NCBI RefSeq assembly: GCF_000092105.1
Contig: NC_014148.1
Span: forward strand, 720,001-752,000
Origin: Planctopirus limnophila DSM 3776
GTDB lineage: Bacteria; Planctomycetota; Planctomycetia; Planctomycetales; Planctomycetaceae
Direction of reading: 5' to 3'
Length of the DNA: 32,000 nt
Shown here: positions 1 through 12,400 of the stretch, one piece after another
How positions within the stretch are numbered: position 1 is the first letter of the stretch
Layout: the number at the start of each line of letters is the position of its first letter
Notes under the pieces: model-generated
What the model was told of the DNA's origin: nothing
Database searches by the model: none
Seen by the model: the letters and a program-made list of their open reading frames with translations, nothing else
Made by a program: the position numbers and the translations under genes

Positions 1-263
1 TTTCCTAGATTACCCAGATTTTAGATTTGGTGGTTGTACGCAGGAATATTCTGGAAATCGACGAGTCGTAAGGTTGGGAATGGGTAACTCGTCAGTTTTT
101 ACGAGAAGACGGCACAATCCGTGCAATTGAAGGATTTTTTCTCGTACATGCCTACCCATGAGTGCAAAATGAAACAAACGCGAGAAGTCGGGCGGAATTC
201 TGCCTCAGACTCGTGCATTGTGCGCAAGTGATGGCTCCTGAATATCCAGAAGAATTCCTACGA

Positions 264-303
264 CCGGTAATGTCGAGTTACCGGCCAACCCCTTCGGGTT
301 TTT
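264..303 (+). terminator. Candidate tandem hairpins with a T-run. This could be the intrinsic terminator of an off-window upstream gene, or a 5' leader structure of the giant gene.
   Basis: CCGGTAA(264-270)/TTACCGG(278-284) form a 7-bp stem with a 7-nt loop. It is followed directly by AACCC(287-291)/GGGTT(296-300) with loop CTTC, running into T299-T303. Confidence 0.3.
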
Positions 304-423
304 CCCTCACGTAGAGTTCGTGCCTCTGAGGGAGGGCCGCGATGTGGTTCGATGACCTAGTTTGTAAGTGATGGGGCCATGACTGAGGACAGGATACGGA
401 GTTCCTGCCGTCGCTTAAGGCCC

Positions 424-428
424 GGAGG
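424..428 (+). promoter_or_regulatory. Shine-Dalgarno-like ribosome binding site for the giant ORF
   Basis: GGAGG lies 6 nt upstream of ATG 435. An in-frame TGA at 384-386 leaves no earlier ATG or GTG, so the start cannot be extended upstream. Confidence 0.6.
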
Positions 429-434
429 TTTTTC

Positions 435-3400
435 ATGTCAGTGACCCAATGGCTGCAGAATCTTGTGGCCTCCAAACAACGCGATGTGGCGACCTGTCTG
501 AAACCAGGCAGTCTGCGCTCGACCCTCCTGCAGGTCGAGCCGCTGGAGGAACGTCGCGTCTTCAGTGTGACCCCCGTGCTGAATGGAAGCGTACTGGAGA
601 TCACTCTCGATGCTGACGGAGACACCGCCTATCTGCGAACTGACGATCTGAATAACGAGCTAGAGGTATACGATCAAACCAACACACTGATTGATTCATT
701 CGATTACAGCACGTTTCATTCGATCAGTTTGATTGGTGATGGTGCGAATAGTGGGGTGCAGACAGTTGTCTTCGACAATTCAACCTCATTGAATCTGGCG
801 GGCGACATCACGACTTCAAGTGATGATATTGAGATCATCAGTATCAATGGCGATTTGAACCTCACAGGGGAATTGTCGCTGACTGTCGGCGAGTCAATTT
901 TTGTTGGCACGAATCGCATCGTATCCGCAGATGACGGAATTTCGCTCCTTGCTTTGAGCGGAACGAACGCAACAGAAGTTAATCTGGCTGCCGATTCGTC
1001 ACTGACGACACTTGGAAAGATTGAGCTTCGCTCTGATGCCGGTGATATCCATGCGGGATTTTTGACTGCGGGCGATCAGATTGAAGTGGTGGCACAGGAT
1101 CAGATCACGTTCGCCAGTGACATCGCCTTTACGACGAGCGGAATCGTCAATCTGGCTGTTACATCCACTTTGGGCGATATTGAACTCAACGGTTCGATTG
1201 ATGCAGACTCTTCGACGGGTGGGGCTTATCTGTTTAACCTCGGGCCTTCGGGAACGCTGTTCCTGAATGGCGATATTCACGCACCGGCTTCTGCGGGGCA
1301 GACCACAGTCGATGGGAATCTGACATTCGGAAATGGTTTCAGTTTCGATCAGTTCTTTCTCACGGGGAGTACGCCGAATGGTGACTATGACACCACGGGA
1401 AGTGCGTTTCTGGTAACGGGTGCCAACCGTGTGGTCGATCTGGGGAATGCAGACTTTACGTTTACCCGAGAGCCCGGCTATCTGGCTGTTGTCGGGGATC
1501 AGTTTCAGGTGATTGCGCTGGCCGACTCCAGCAGCAGCATCACCGGGAATTTCTCCAACCGCTCAGAAGGGGATGAATTCTATAGCGAAGGGGTGCGTTA
1601 CAAGTACTCTCAGGCTGGCGGAGATGGTAACGATGTCGCACTGACGATCCTTTCGCCGACCACCGTCTGGGTCGATGACGACTTTGCCGCACTGTTGAAT
1701 GGCGATGATCCTGCCGGGCCCAGAGTGATGTTTGGTTACGACAGTTTTGCTCTCGTTCAGCAGGGTGTCGATCAAGTGGCAGATATGGGTCTGGTCAATG
1801 TCGCCGCCCATGCCACCAGCTATAACGAAGAGGTCGTCGTTACTGGAAAATCTCTCACGCTCGTTGGCGAGAGCGCCAGCACCACCACCATTTTCTCCTC
1901 CACAGGAACAGCGTTTTCAGCGAGCAACGCAGCTGACATCAGGCTCGAACAGTTGACGTTCTCAGGTGTGAATTCGTTGGACTTAAGTGCCATTGATGCG
2001 ACAACACTCACGAATATCACCACGACTGGTCCGGCAACCATCACAGGCACACAACTGATATTGATCAGTGACGGAGCCTCGAATGATGTGTTCACCATTA
2101 ACGATAGTGGTATCTCATCCAGTGGCTTGCTGATAATCGACCAACTCGATTTCACCGTGGATACTTTGGAAGTTGACGCCGGTGATGGCGATGATCAGAT
2201 CTTTGTGCGTCCCCAGCCCAGCACGACAATCCTGATTGATGGAGGAGATGGAGTCGATACGCTTGAAGCCGACTTCTACGGGCTCTATGGGTTTGCGAAT
2301 ACGCCCGACGGGATGATTGCCGGGGCTGGTGCGTTGACTGCTGCGGACAGGGAGGACGTCACCTACGCCAGCATTGAAAACTACAGCGCATTGGTTGAAG
2401 CCAATGCGGTCATTGTGGCGCAGAATCCCGATGACAACGTCGCCGACAACTGGCTGGTCAAACGCAGTGACAGCGACCCCTCGATTCTCGAAGTCTATGT
2501 AAATGGTGTGCTCGCCTTCCAGCAGGATTATGCGAGTACCAACAGCCTCACAATCAACGGCTCAGGTGACGACGACACTCTGGTGATGGATCTGTCCAAT
2601 GGCGAGATCGATCTCGCGGGCGGATTGCATTTCAATGGCGGGAATGGAAACGACGCCATTGAGTTAAACGGCAGCCAGACTTTCACGAAAGTGACACACA
2701 CTTTCGTCAGTGAGAATGACGGTTCGATTGAAGTCATCGGTAATGGAACCACCAGCATCTCTTACACCGGGCTGGAACCAATTGTCGATAACCTCTCGGC
2801 GACCACGCGCGAGTTCATCTTCACTGGCGGAAACGAGACGATCAGTCTCACTGACGACGCAGCGGCTGGTTACAACCTGATCGATTCATCGCTCAGTGAA
2901 TCGGTTTTGTTTCTCAATCCGACCGACACGCTGATTATCACCGTGCAAAATGGGACGGATACGTTCACAGCGAGTTCGCTGGACGCCGCCTTTGGGGCGA
3001 ACATCTTCGTCACCATGGACGACGCTGACAGTGCTGGCGCAGACGCACTGATTTGGAATGCGGATACGACACTGGGTTCGGTTCTTGTAGCCGGAACGTT
3101 TGAGTTGGTCGTCGAGACAGGCACGATCGACATGAACGCTGCCGTCGACAATACGGCCGGTGGTGGCAGCATTCGGCTCGAAGCCAGCGACGGCATTACT
3201 CAACAGGGCAGTTTAACCACAGCCAGCAATATCACCATTGCCAGCACTGGCGGAACAGTGACGACGGAACTGCTGGAGGCCACTGATGCCGTCAGCGAGA
3301 TCACGATCACGGGAACATCGGTTACACTCGCAGGAAATGTGACTTCGGGAAGTCTTGTTGATATTACGGCCACTGCAGGATCAATCGAACAGACAGGTGG

Positions 3401-6400
3401 CCTCGTCACGTCGCCAACACTGATTCTCGATGCCCAGACAGGAATCTTCGGCACGACGGCGATGGTGGCCCGTGCGATGGAGATCAGTGCCAGCACGATT
3501 ACCGCCAAGACCAACACCGGCGGCATGCAAGTGGAAAACGCCGCGACGACAGCGACGACAGCGACTCTCACTGCGACAACAGGCAATATCCTTTTCAACC
3601 AGACGGGAGGCCAGTCGCTGACGCTGACCAACGTTGCCACCAGCGGCAACGCGAACCTCACCAACAACGCTACTATGACGCTCAACTCGGCGCTGATCAG
3701 CGGTTCGGGGGAACTCACTCTCGAAGGGACCCAAGTCATTTTGGGTGGCAATATCACCGCCTCTGGCCGGGCGACGATCACTGCTACTGATTCGATCACC
3801 CAGACCGCCGGGACCCTCACCTCGCCGATCCTCGAACTCGATGCCCAGAACGGTATCGGTTTAGCCGCTGACGCGATGGAAATCAGCACCAGCGACATCA
3901 GCGCCACCACGGCAACGGTAGGCGTCTTTCTGTCCAACGCCTCTAATATCACGACGGGAGCTGTGACAGCGAGCAATCTGCAGGCAACGACAAGCGGCAA
4001 CATTTCGTTCGTGCAGACGGGTGGTCAGAGCCTGAGTGTGACGAATGTGTCGACGACCAGCGGCGATGCGACGATTTCGAATGCGGGAGATCTGACTGTT
4101 GCAGCGGCGATGGTCCTGGGGACGAATGGTCAGCTGTCGTTGACGACGACCGCCGGTGGCAATCTCTCGCTGGGAACGGCCACGACGGACGGGAATCTGC
4201 TGGTGACGAGTGCGGGTGCATTCACGCAGACAGGAAACACGACGGTCGGCGGCCTGCTCGATGTGGATGCCGTGAATGCGATCGATATTCAGGGAACGCA
4301 GGGGATTACGGGCACGACCTCGATCACATCGTCAGGTTCCACCGTTCGTCTGCGACAGGCGTTGACATCGGGTGGAGCGGTGACACTGGCGGGAACTGGC
4401 GGCATCACACTGGATGCGACGGGGGATGTGACATCGACGGCTGGCGGTATCACGATCATTGGCGATCTGACCACAGCGGCAAATCTCGTCACTGACGATC
4501 AGCCGATCGAGGTGCAGGGGAATGTGCTGCTGACGGGCAGTGTGCTGTTCGACAGCGACAGCACGAACACCGGCACCGGGGCCGATGTGACGGTCACCGG
4601 CGATATCGACCTGGCGACGTTCACACTGACAATCGACGCGGGGCCGGACGGTGATTTCTCGGTGGGGGATGTGACGGGGACGACGGGCGATCTGGTGATT
4701 GAAGAGGCTCATAGCCTGTCGTTTGGTTCGCTGACGGCCGACACGATCAACATCGGGCCGATCACAGGTGATGTCACGATTGGTGCGGGAGGCTTGACAG
4801 CGAACAGTGCCAGCTTCGATCTGGACGGCAACTTCACGAATAGCGGTGCGACGAATGTCACCAATCACCTGCTGGTGCAGGCGGGAGGCTCGATCGAGTT
4901 CGTGGGTGATGTGGAAGCGGGTTCGTTGGAACTGGATGCGGGGACGACGATCGACCTGGGGAACGTGGTTGTCGATACCACGACAGTCCTCACGAGTGTT
5001 GGGGTGCTGACTGTCGGCGGTACGCTCAATACGGGCGGTACGCTGACCGTGGAATCGACGGCGGGCGATGTCCGGTTCGTGCAGACCGTGACGGCCGGGG
5101 GCGAAGTGCAACTCACCGCCGATCAGGAACTGCGGCTCGACAACCTATTGACGGTCACCGCAGGCGGAGCGTCGCTGACGGGTGCCACCGTGCTCTTGGA
5201 CAACGCCACCATCGTGCAGCTGAATGGTGCCGGCGATGACCTGTCGATCACCGGGACGCTAACGACAGGTGCCAATCTATTCACGACCGGCGGCGATATC
5301 ACGATCACAGGGAACACGACACTCACTGAGGGAATCAATGTTGGCTCGACGGGGGGGGATATCCTCTTCAATGGCCTTGTTACTGGTGCCGGTTTCGACT
5401 TGAGCATTGACTCAGCGGCAGGTTCGTTGGAGTTGGGCGGCGCGGTGACTGCGGTGGACGATCTGGTCCTCAAGGGAGCTTCAGTTACTACGCTTTCGCT
5501 GTCGGCGGCGACATTGAATGGGACAACGACAGCCGGCCCCTGGGAAACAACGGGCAACATCACCATCACGGCGGCGATGGAACTGGATGCCACTGGCGGT
5601 CTGTCGATCATCGGCAGTATCAGTGCGGGGAGCCTGCAGGCTGTCGCGACGGGAACATCACTCTTCACCGGCACCATCACGACCACGACCGGCAATGTGA
5701 TTGTCGGCACGACCACAAGCGGGGCGATCGACTTCCAGGACGACGTGACGAGTGCCGGCAATGTGACAGTCACTTCTCTGGGGGCTGTCGACTTCGGAGG
5801 CCATCTCTTTGCGAATGGTGTCACAGGTACCATCGAGGTTATCGGAGCGTCGGTCGATTTCGCGGACGATGTGGAAGCCGCGACCAGCATTGAGATCACG
5901 GCCAACACAGGAGCAATCAACCAGACTGGCGGGACATTCACCACGCTGACGCTGATCTTGGATGCGGGAGCAGGCATCGGCACGACCGGCGTGGTCAACA
6001 CTAGTGCCCGGACAATCACCGCCACGACCAACACCGGCGGCATCAACCTCGCCAACCTCTCGACGGTCACCAATGGAGCCGTGACCGCCACCCTCACGGC
6101 CACTACCAGCGGCAATATCCAGTTGGTGCAGACGGGTGGCCAAGGCCTCACGATCACGAGCGCTGAAACCAACAACGGCGATATCGTGATCTCGAACACG
6201 GGGGCGAACCTTACGGTCACCACGGCCGAGGCTTTGGGTGCGGATGGCGACATCACCCTGAGCACCATTACCTCGGGCAACCTGGAACTGGGGACTGCCG
6301 ATGCGACGGGCGACCTGAACATCACCAGCGCGGGGAGCTATACACAAAGTGGCAATGTCGAGGCGGACGGGTTGGTTGACATACAGTCGGATGATCTGCT

Positions 6401-9400
6401 GCTCACCCAGGGAACAGTCACCGCTGGTACCACGATCAACCTCGAATCGACCAATGGCGGCATCGAAGTTCAGCAGGCGGTCGAGGCCGATGGAAATGTT
6501 GATCTGCAGGCCCTAAGTAACATTCTACTGACGGGAAGTGTCACAACGGCCAGCAACATCACCATTGAAAGTACTATTGGCGACATTACCACAGCTGTAT
6601 TGACTGCGACCGGCCTGACGAGCGAAATCCGTATCAATGGGCAAGACATCAGCCTGGGTGGCGATATCGATGCCGGATCTCTGGTGTCGATTTTTGCTGG
6701 CGACCGCATCAATCAAACAGCCGGAACGATTACATCACCCACATTGGTACTGGATGCACTTTCAGGGATTGGCACCATATCGACCATTCAGGTGGCATCG
6801 AACAATATCGATGCGAAAGCAAGTTCCGGCCGCATCTTCCTGGTGAATGACTCCTCTGTACTGACAGGCGGAGTGACGGCTATCCTGCAGGGAAACAGCG
6901 GAAACATTCAGTTCACCCAAACGGGTGGTCAAGAGCTGACAGTCACCTCAGCCACGACGACTGTCGGCAATATCACGCTCTCCAACGACGGCGCTGATTT
7001 GAACGCGAATAATACTACGACGTCGTCAGGTGGTATATCACTCTTAACAACGACATCCGGCAGCATTACGGCCGGTCTTGTCGGTTCTGGTGGCGGCAGT
7101 GGTGCCATTTCCATCATCAGTGCTCAGAGTGTGACGACGACTAACCAGATCATTACCGACGGCACGATCGTCATCACCGCCGGGACGACCACGGCGGATG
7201 ACATCATCCTTGGCGGAAATCTGCGTGGGGCCGGTGGACCAAATCAGCCAGTTTCCATCACCCTGACTGCCGGCGGGAAGATCGACTCCATTGGTTCCAT
7301 GACGACCAACGGGTTGTTGCAGGCCGAGGCGGGGACCTCGATAGAGATCGACGGCACCATCACCGCCAACGCCCTCGATCTTACGGCGGGAACCACCGCC
7401 CTCGACAGCATCACACTGGGTGTGGTCGATGTGAATACCACGACCAGTCTCACAAGTGGCGGTGCTCTGCAAGTCACCGGGAACTTCGACACGGGGACCA
7501 CGACGACGATCAACACGGGGAGTGCGACGTTCTCGGGGACGTATCGTTCGGGAAATCGTACGGAACTCACATCGACAGGTGATGTCCTCTTTGAGCAGAC
7601 GCTCAATGTCGATGGCGGGGGAATGGAACTCTTCGCCACCGGGACGACGACTTTCTACGCCGCAGTGACTGTCGTGGGAGATGCCCTGATTGGAGATTCC
7701 CTCACCGGTGGGACAGTCCAGGCCCAGGGTCCAGTCGATGTCACGGGCTGGCTCACGATCAACAGCCAGGACAACGTGCTGCTCGATGACACGGTGGATG
7801 TGGGTGGCGACCTGGTGGTTCATGCCGGCAGGGATGGGACGGGAGATCTGGTGATTGGTGGGGATATCGGCGTTACTCGCACACCCACCGGCATCACGCT
7901 GACAGCGGGTGACCTGATCGATGTTGCTGGCTCGATCACCACGACGGGGCTGAGCGGCAACCTGTTCCTGACGAGCGGTACGACAATGACGTTGACTGGG
8001 CCGGTCAATGCTTCGGCGGAAGTGCGGCTGGAGAACTGCGGCCTGTTGTCGATTACTGATCCGGCAGGCATCACGGCGGCTGGCCGAATCATGCAGGCGG
8101 GGGCAGGAGATGTCAGCCTGCATGGGAACATCACTTCGACCAGTGGTGAGGTGAATTTCGCTGAAGATGTCGTGCTGACGAGCGATGTGGTTGTTACTTC
8201 TGGTAGCAGCATCACCTTCCAGAAGACAATCAACGGGACCACTGCCGGTAGTGAAGACCTGACGCTTGATGCCACCACGACGGTAACTTTGGGCGGGGCT
8301 GTCGGAGCGGTAACGCGACTCGGTGTGCTGACCATCGATGGCACGACGGTGACGACGGCCGGGATCACAGCTGCCGCCCTGGATGGTGAGACGACGAGTA
8401 GCGGCAACTGGGATACCACGGGAGATGTGGACATCACCGGTCTGGCGAAGGTCATCGCAGCGGGCAGCTTCACACTGACAGGGAACCTCAACGCCGCTGA
8501 AGTCGAAGCCACTGCCAATAGCGACCTCACCATCACGGGCACAACCAGCACTTCGGCGGGTGGAGATGTCACGCTCACCACCCTCACCACAGGTAATGTC
8601 GAAGTTGGAGCCATCGATGCCGACGGCGATGTGCGAGTCACGACTGTGGGGAGCTATACCCAGAATGGGAACGTTGAAGCGGCCGGGTTGATTGACATTC
8701 AGTCGAATGGTCTTCTGCTCACGGTGAGGACAGTCACAGCTGGCACCACGCTCGACCTGGAATCGACCAACAATGCCATTGAGATTCAGCAGGCTGTTTC
8801 GGCAGGTGGCAATATCACGTTGATTGGCAGCACTAACGTGACTCTTGGCGTCAATGGTGATGTGGCCGCAACGAATGCGGGGAGCACAATCACTGTCACG
8901 GGCGACCTGACCACGGCTGGCGATCTGGTCACCAATAATGGGGCCATCCTGATCAACGACGATGTGACGCTGACGGGGAACGCCAAGTTCGACAGCAACT
9001 CATCGGACGGCGTGGGTGGCGGGGCGGATATCACCGTGAGTGGCGCCGGGGGCATTGACCTGGGCGCGTTCACGCTGACCATCGATGCCGGGTTTGTCGG
9101 TGACTTCGCGACGGATCTCGTTACCGGGACGCCATTGAGCGCACTCGTGATCACGAATGCCCAGGATGCGTCGGTGGGCACGGGGAACTTGACCGCGGGG
9201 ACGGTGACCATCGATCTGGTGGGTAACTTCACCAATCACGGCACCGCGACTGTGAACGACCTCATCGATGTGGCGGCTGGTGGCAACATTCTATTCCAGC
9301 AGGCGATCGATGCCGAGAGTGTCGATCTTTCCGCCAATGAAGATGTCACGCTGAATGGCGATGTGACCGCCGTCACGAGTGTGAAGATGGTTGCGAATGC

Positions 9401-12400
9401 GGATGGGACGTTGCCCGGTGGCAATGTGACGACGCAGGCCATCACCACTTCGGGACTCTCTTCGACCATTGAACTGCGGGGCGATGCGGTCGATCTGGGT
9501 GGCGACATCGAAGCGGGTGAGTCGGTGCTGGTGGTCGCGACCAGCGGTGCGATCACACAACTGGCGGGAACCACGATCACCACGGACAATCTGGGCCTCT
9601 TCGCGGCAGGCGATATTGGTACAGGGCTGCAGTTCTTCCAGACGGATGTGAATCGGTTGGCCGTCCGTTCGACGAGCGGCGATGTGTTCCTGGAGAACGC
9701 CAGCGATCTGGAAATCGGCGGAGTGACGTTCGAGAGCTTCACGGGAGCGTCGGCAGTCAATCTGACCGTCAACGTCGTCGCTGGTGCGCTTAATGTGAGC
9801 GGCAACGTCAACACGACCGACGACATCACGTTGGACGCCACGAGCGGCATCACAATCTCGGGAGATGTCCTTTCCACCGGTGGCACGATCCTTCTCGACG
9901 CTGACAGCGATGCCGACGCTAACGGTGTCTTCAACGTGACAGCGACCGGATCGGTGGAAGCAACGTCCGAAGCGATTCGTATCACGGCGAGTGATGTCAT
10001 GCTGGCTGGTTCGCTGACAGCCAGCGGCGCCGGAACGTTTGGCCCGAATAACGCTCCAGTTGGTTTTGTCGAGATCCGCCAATCGACGGCTGCAGCGACG
10101 ATTGGTCTGGGATTGGCCGCTGGGGATCTTTCACTGGATGCGGCCGAACTGGCCAATATCACCACCAATCAACTGATTGTCGGGCGGACAGATGGTGGCG
10201 ATGTATCGATCGCAGCAGCGGGTAATCTTTCCCCGCACATCGGGACGCTGGTGCTGCTGACAAACGGGAATGTGGCGGGGGCGGTCGATGGCTCGCCGGA
10301 TGTCTCAGTGGGTCAACTGGCCATTGTCGCCGGTGGGCAGGTGGCGCTCGACTTCGATGTCACCACGCTGGCGTTAAGTGCCGGGAATGCGGTGACGGGA
10401 CATGTGCTGCAGGATACGGCCGGGAGCCTGACGATTGGTTCGCTGGCTGAAGCGGTCGGCGGGACGCTGGTCGCCGGTGTGCAGACGGGGACAGGGCAAA
10501 CGACCATCGAAGCGCTGGGCGGGGACACGGGCGATCTGATTATCAACTCGCTCATCGTGGCGGGCGGGAACAGTCTGACACTGATGGCCGATGACGATGT
10601 GACGGTGAACGCCGATGTAACGCTGGCGACGGGCACCCTCGTCATCGAGGCCGATGCCGATGGCAGCAGCAACGGCGAGATCACGATTGCCAGTGGTGCG
10701 GATGTGGCCGTCACTTCGGGGCTGGCAACTGACAGCATCACACTTTGCGCCGCCGACCTGGATGTGGCAGGGACTGTTAATGTCGGTCTGGGGACGGTCG
10801 AGCTCCTCACCAGTACCGCCGCAGGGACATTCGGGCTGGGTTCGGGAAGTGGTAGCTACGAAGTGACGCAGTCGGAACTGGATCAGATCACAGCCAACCG
10901 GCTGCTGGTCGGATCGGCCACCAAGACCAACGCGGGGATCGAACTGGGGGATGTGAGCTGGAGCGGCGCGGGGAAGGAAGCCCGCCTGACAACCGACGGC
11001 GCGATCACTCAGGATGCGGGCTCGACGCTCGCCATCACCACGCCGACCCTGGTGCTCGATGCAGCGACAGGGATTAATCTGCAGGTGAATGCCGACAGTC
11101 TTTCTGCTCGCAATCGCACCAGTGGCGACATCGTGCTGGTCGATACCACTGGGGGGCTCACCATCGCCAACGATCTGGTCGTCGGTGGGTTGGTCAATCA
11201 GACGGCGGGCGGTGCGATCGATCTGCGAGTGGCGGCCAACACGCTCACCACTTTGGCCGGGGCACAGATCGCCACGAATGTCGGTCACATTAGGCTGCGG
11301 GCCGACGAATATGTGCTGGGCGCGGGAATCAACGCAGGGACGGAGACGGTTCTGCTGCAGAATGACACGGCGGGCCGGACAATCAGCCTGAACGGTGCGG
11401 CGGCGGGGATCAACTTGTCGCAGGCTGAACTGCAGGGGATTGTCGCCGGCACGCTGGAAGTGGGCCGGGCTGATACGGGAGATGTGAGCGTTGGCGATAT
11501 CGATGGGCTGAATGTCACCACGCTGGCGATCATCACCAACGGCTCAATTGAGCAGAACCTGACCAGTGTGATTACCGTCGCCAACCTGGCGCTGGTCGCG
11601 CAGACAGGCATTAACCTCACCACACGGGTCGATACACTGGCGCTGCGGAACGGGACGTCGGGTAGCGTGACCATCAATCAGGGGAACCGGGCGCTCACGC
11701 TGGGTGAAGTGAACCTCAAGGCCTCGACGGTGACGGGAACCACCCAGAACGGCAGTGGCGACCTGGAGATCACTGCCGCCAATAGTGTGACCATCACCGA
11801 AGAGATTACCAGCAGTGGCAACGTACTGATCGATGCGGTGGGTGCAATCAGCCAGCAGGCCGATATCGACGCCACCGGTGAGACAGTCACGCTGGAAAGC
11901 GATGCGACCATCGGCATGGCCAGCGGCACCAGCATCACGGCGACCAGTGCGACACTGACGGCAGTGGGGGACGTCACTCTGGCGGAAATTGTCGCGGGGA
12001 CGATCGAGGTCACTTCAACGGGTGGTTCGATCCAGGATGTGGATGTCTCCGACAGCACGGTCAATTTGAACGCCGGGGCGGGTTCGATCACGCTCGCCGC
12101 TGCCACGGGAATCGGCACGACCGGCGGGGCGGCGGGAACGCTCGAACTCAGCGGCAAGACAATTAGCGCTACCAGCACAAATGGCGGCATGAATCTGTCC
12201 AACGCCTCCAATATCACGACGGGAGCTGTGACAGCGAGCAATCTGCAGGCAACGACAAGCGGCAACATTTCGTTCGTGCAGACGGGTGGTCAGAGCCTGA
12301 GTGTGACGAATGTGTCGACGACCAGCGGCGATGCGACGATTTCGAATGCGGGAGATCTGACTGTTGCAGCGGCGATGGTCCTGGGGACGAATGGTCAGCT

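Noticed and set aside
60-101. Hairpin GACGAGT(60-66)/ACTCGTC(87-93) followed by AGTTTTT.
   Set aside because: A 20-nt loop makes this a weak structure, and no upstream gene is visible in the window to terminate. I kept only the better tandem hairpin at 264-303 as a low-confidence feature.
148-231. A 27-codon + strand mini-ORF (MPTHECKMKQTREVGRNSASDSCIVRK) in the upstream intergenic region.
   Set aside because: It is too short, has no RBS, and I cannot assess conservation. It is indistinguishable from chance.
278-625. A minus-strand ORF of 115 aa overlapping the start of the giant gene.
   Set aside because: It overlaps the strongly supported RBS and ATG of the giant ORF as well as the candidate hairpins. 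Its translation is Arg/Ser-rich with no features, and it has no RBS.
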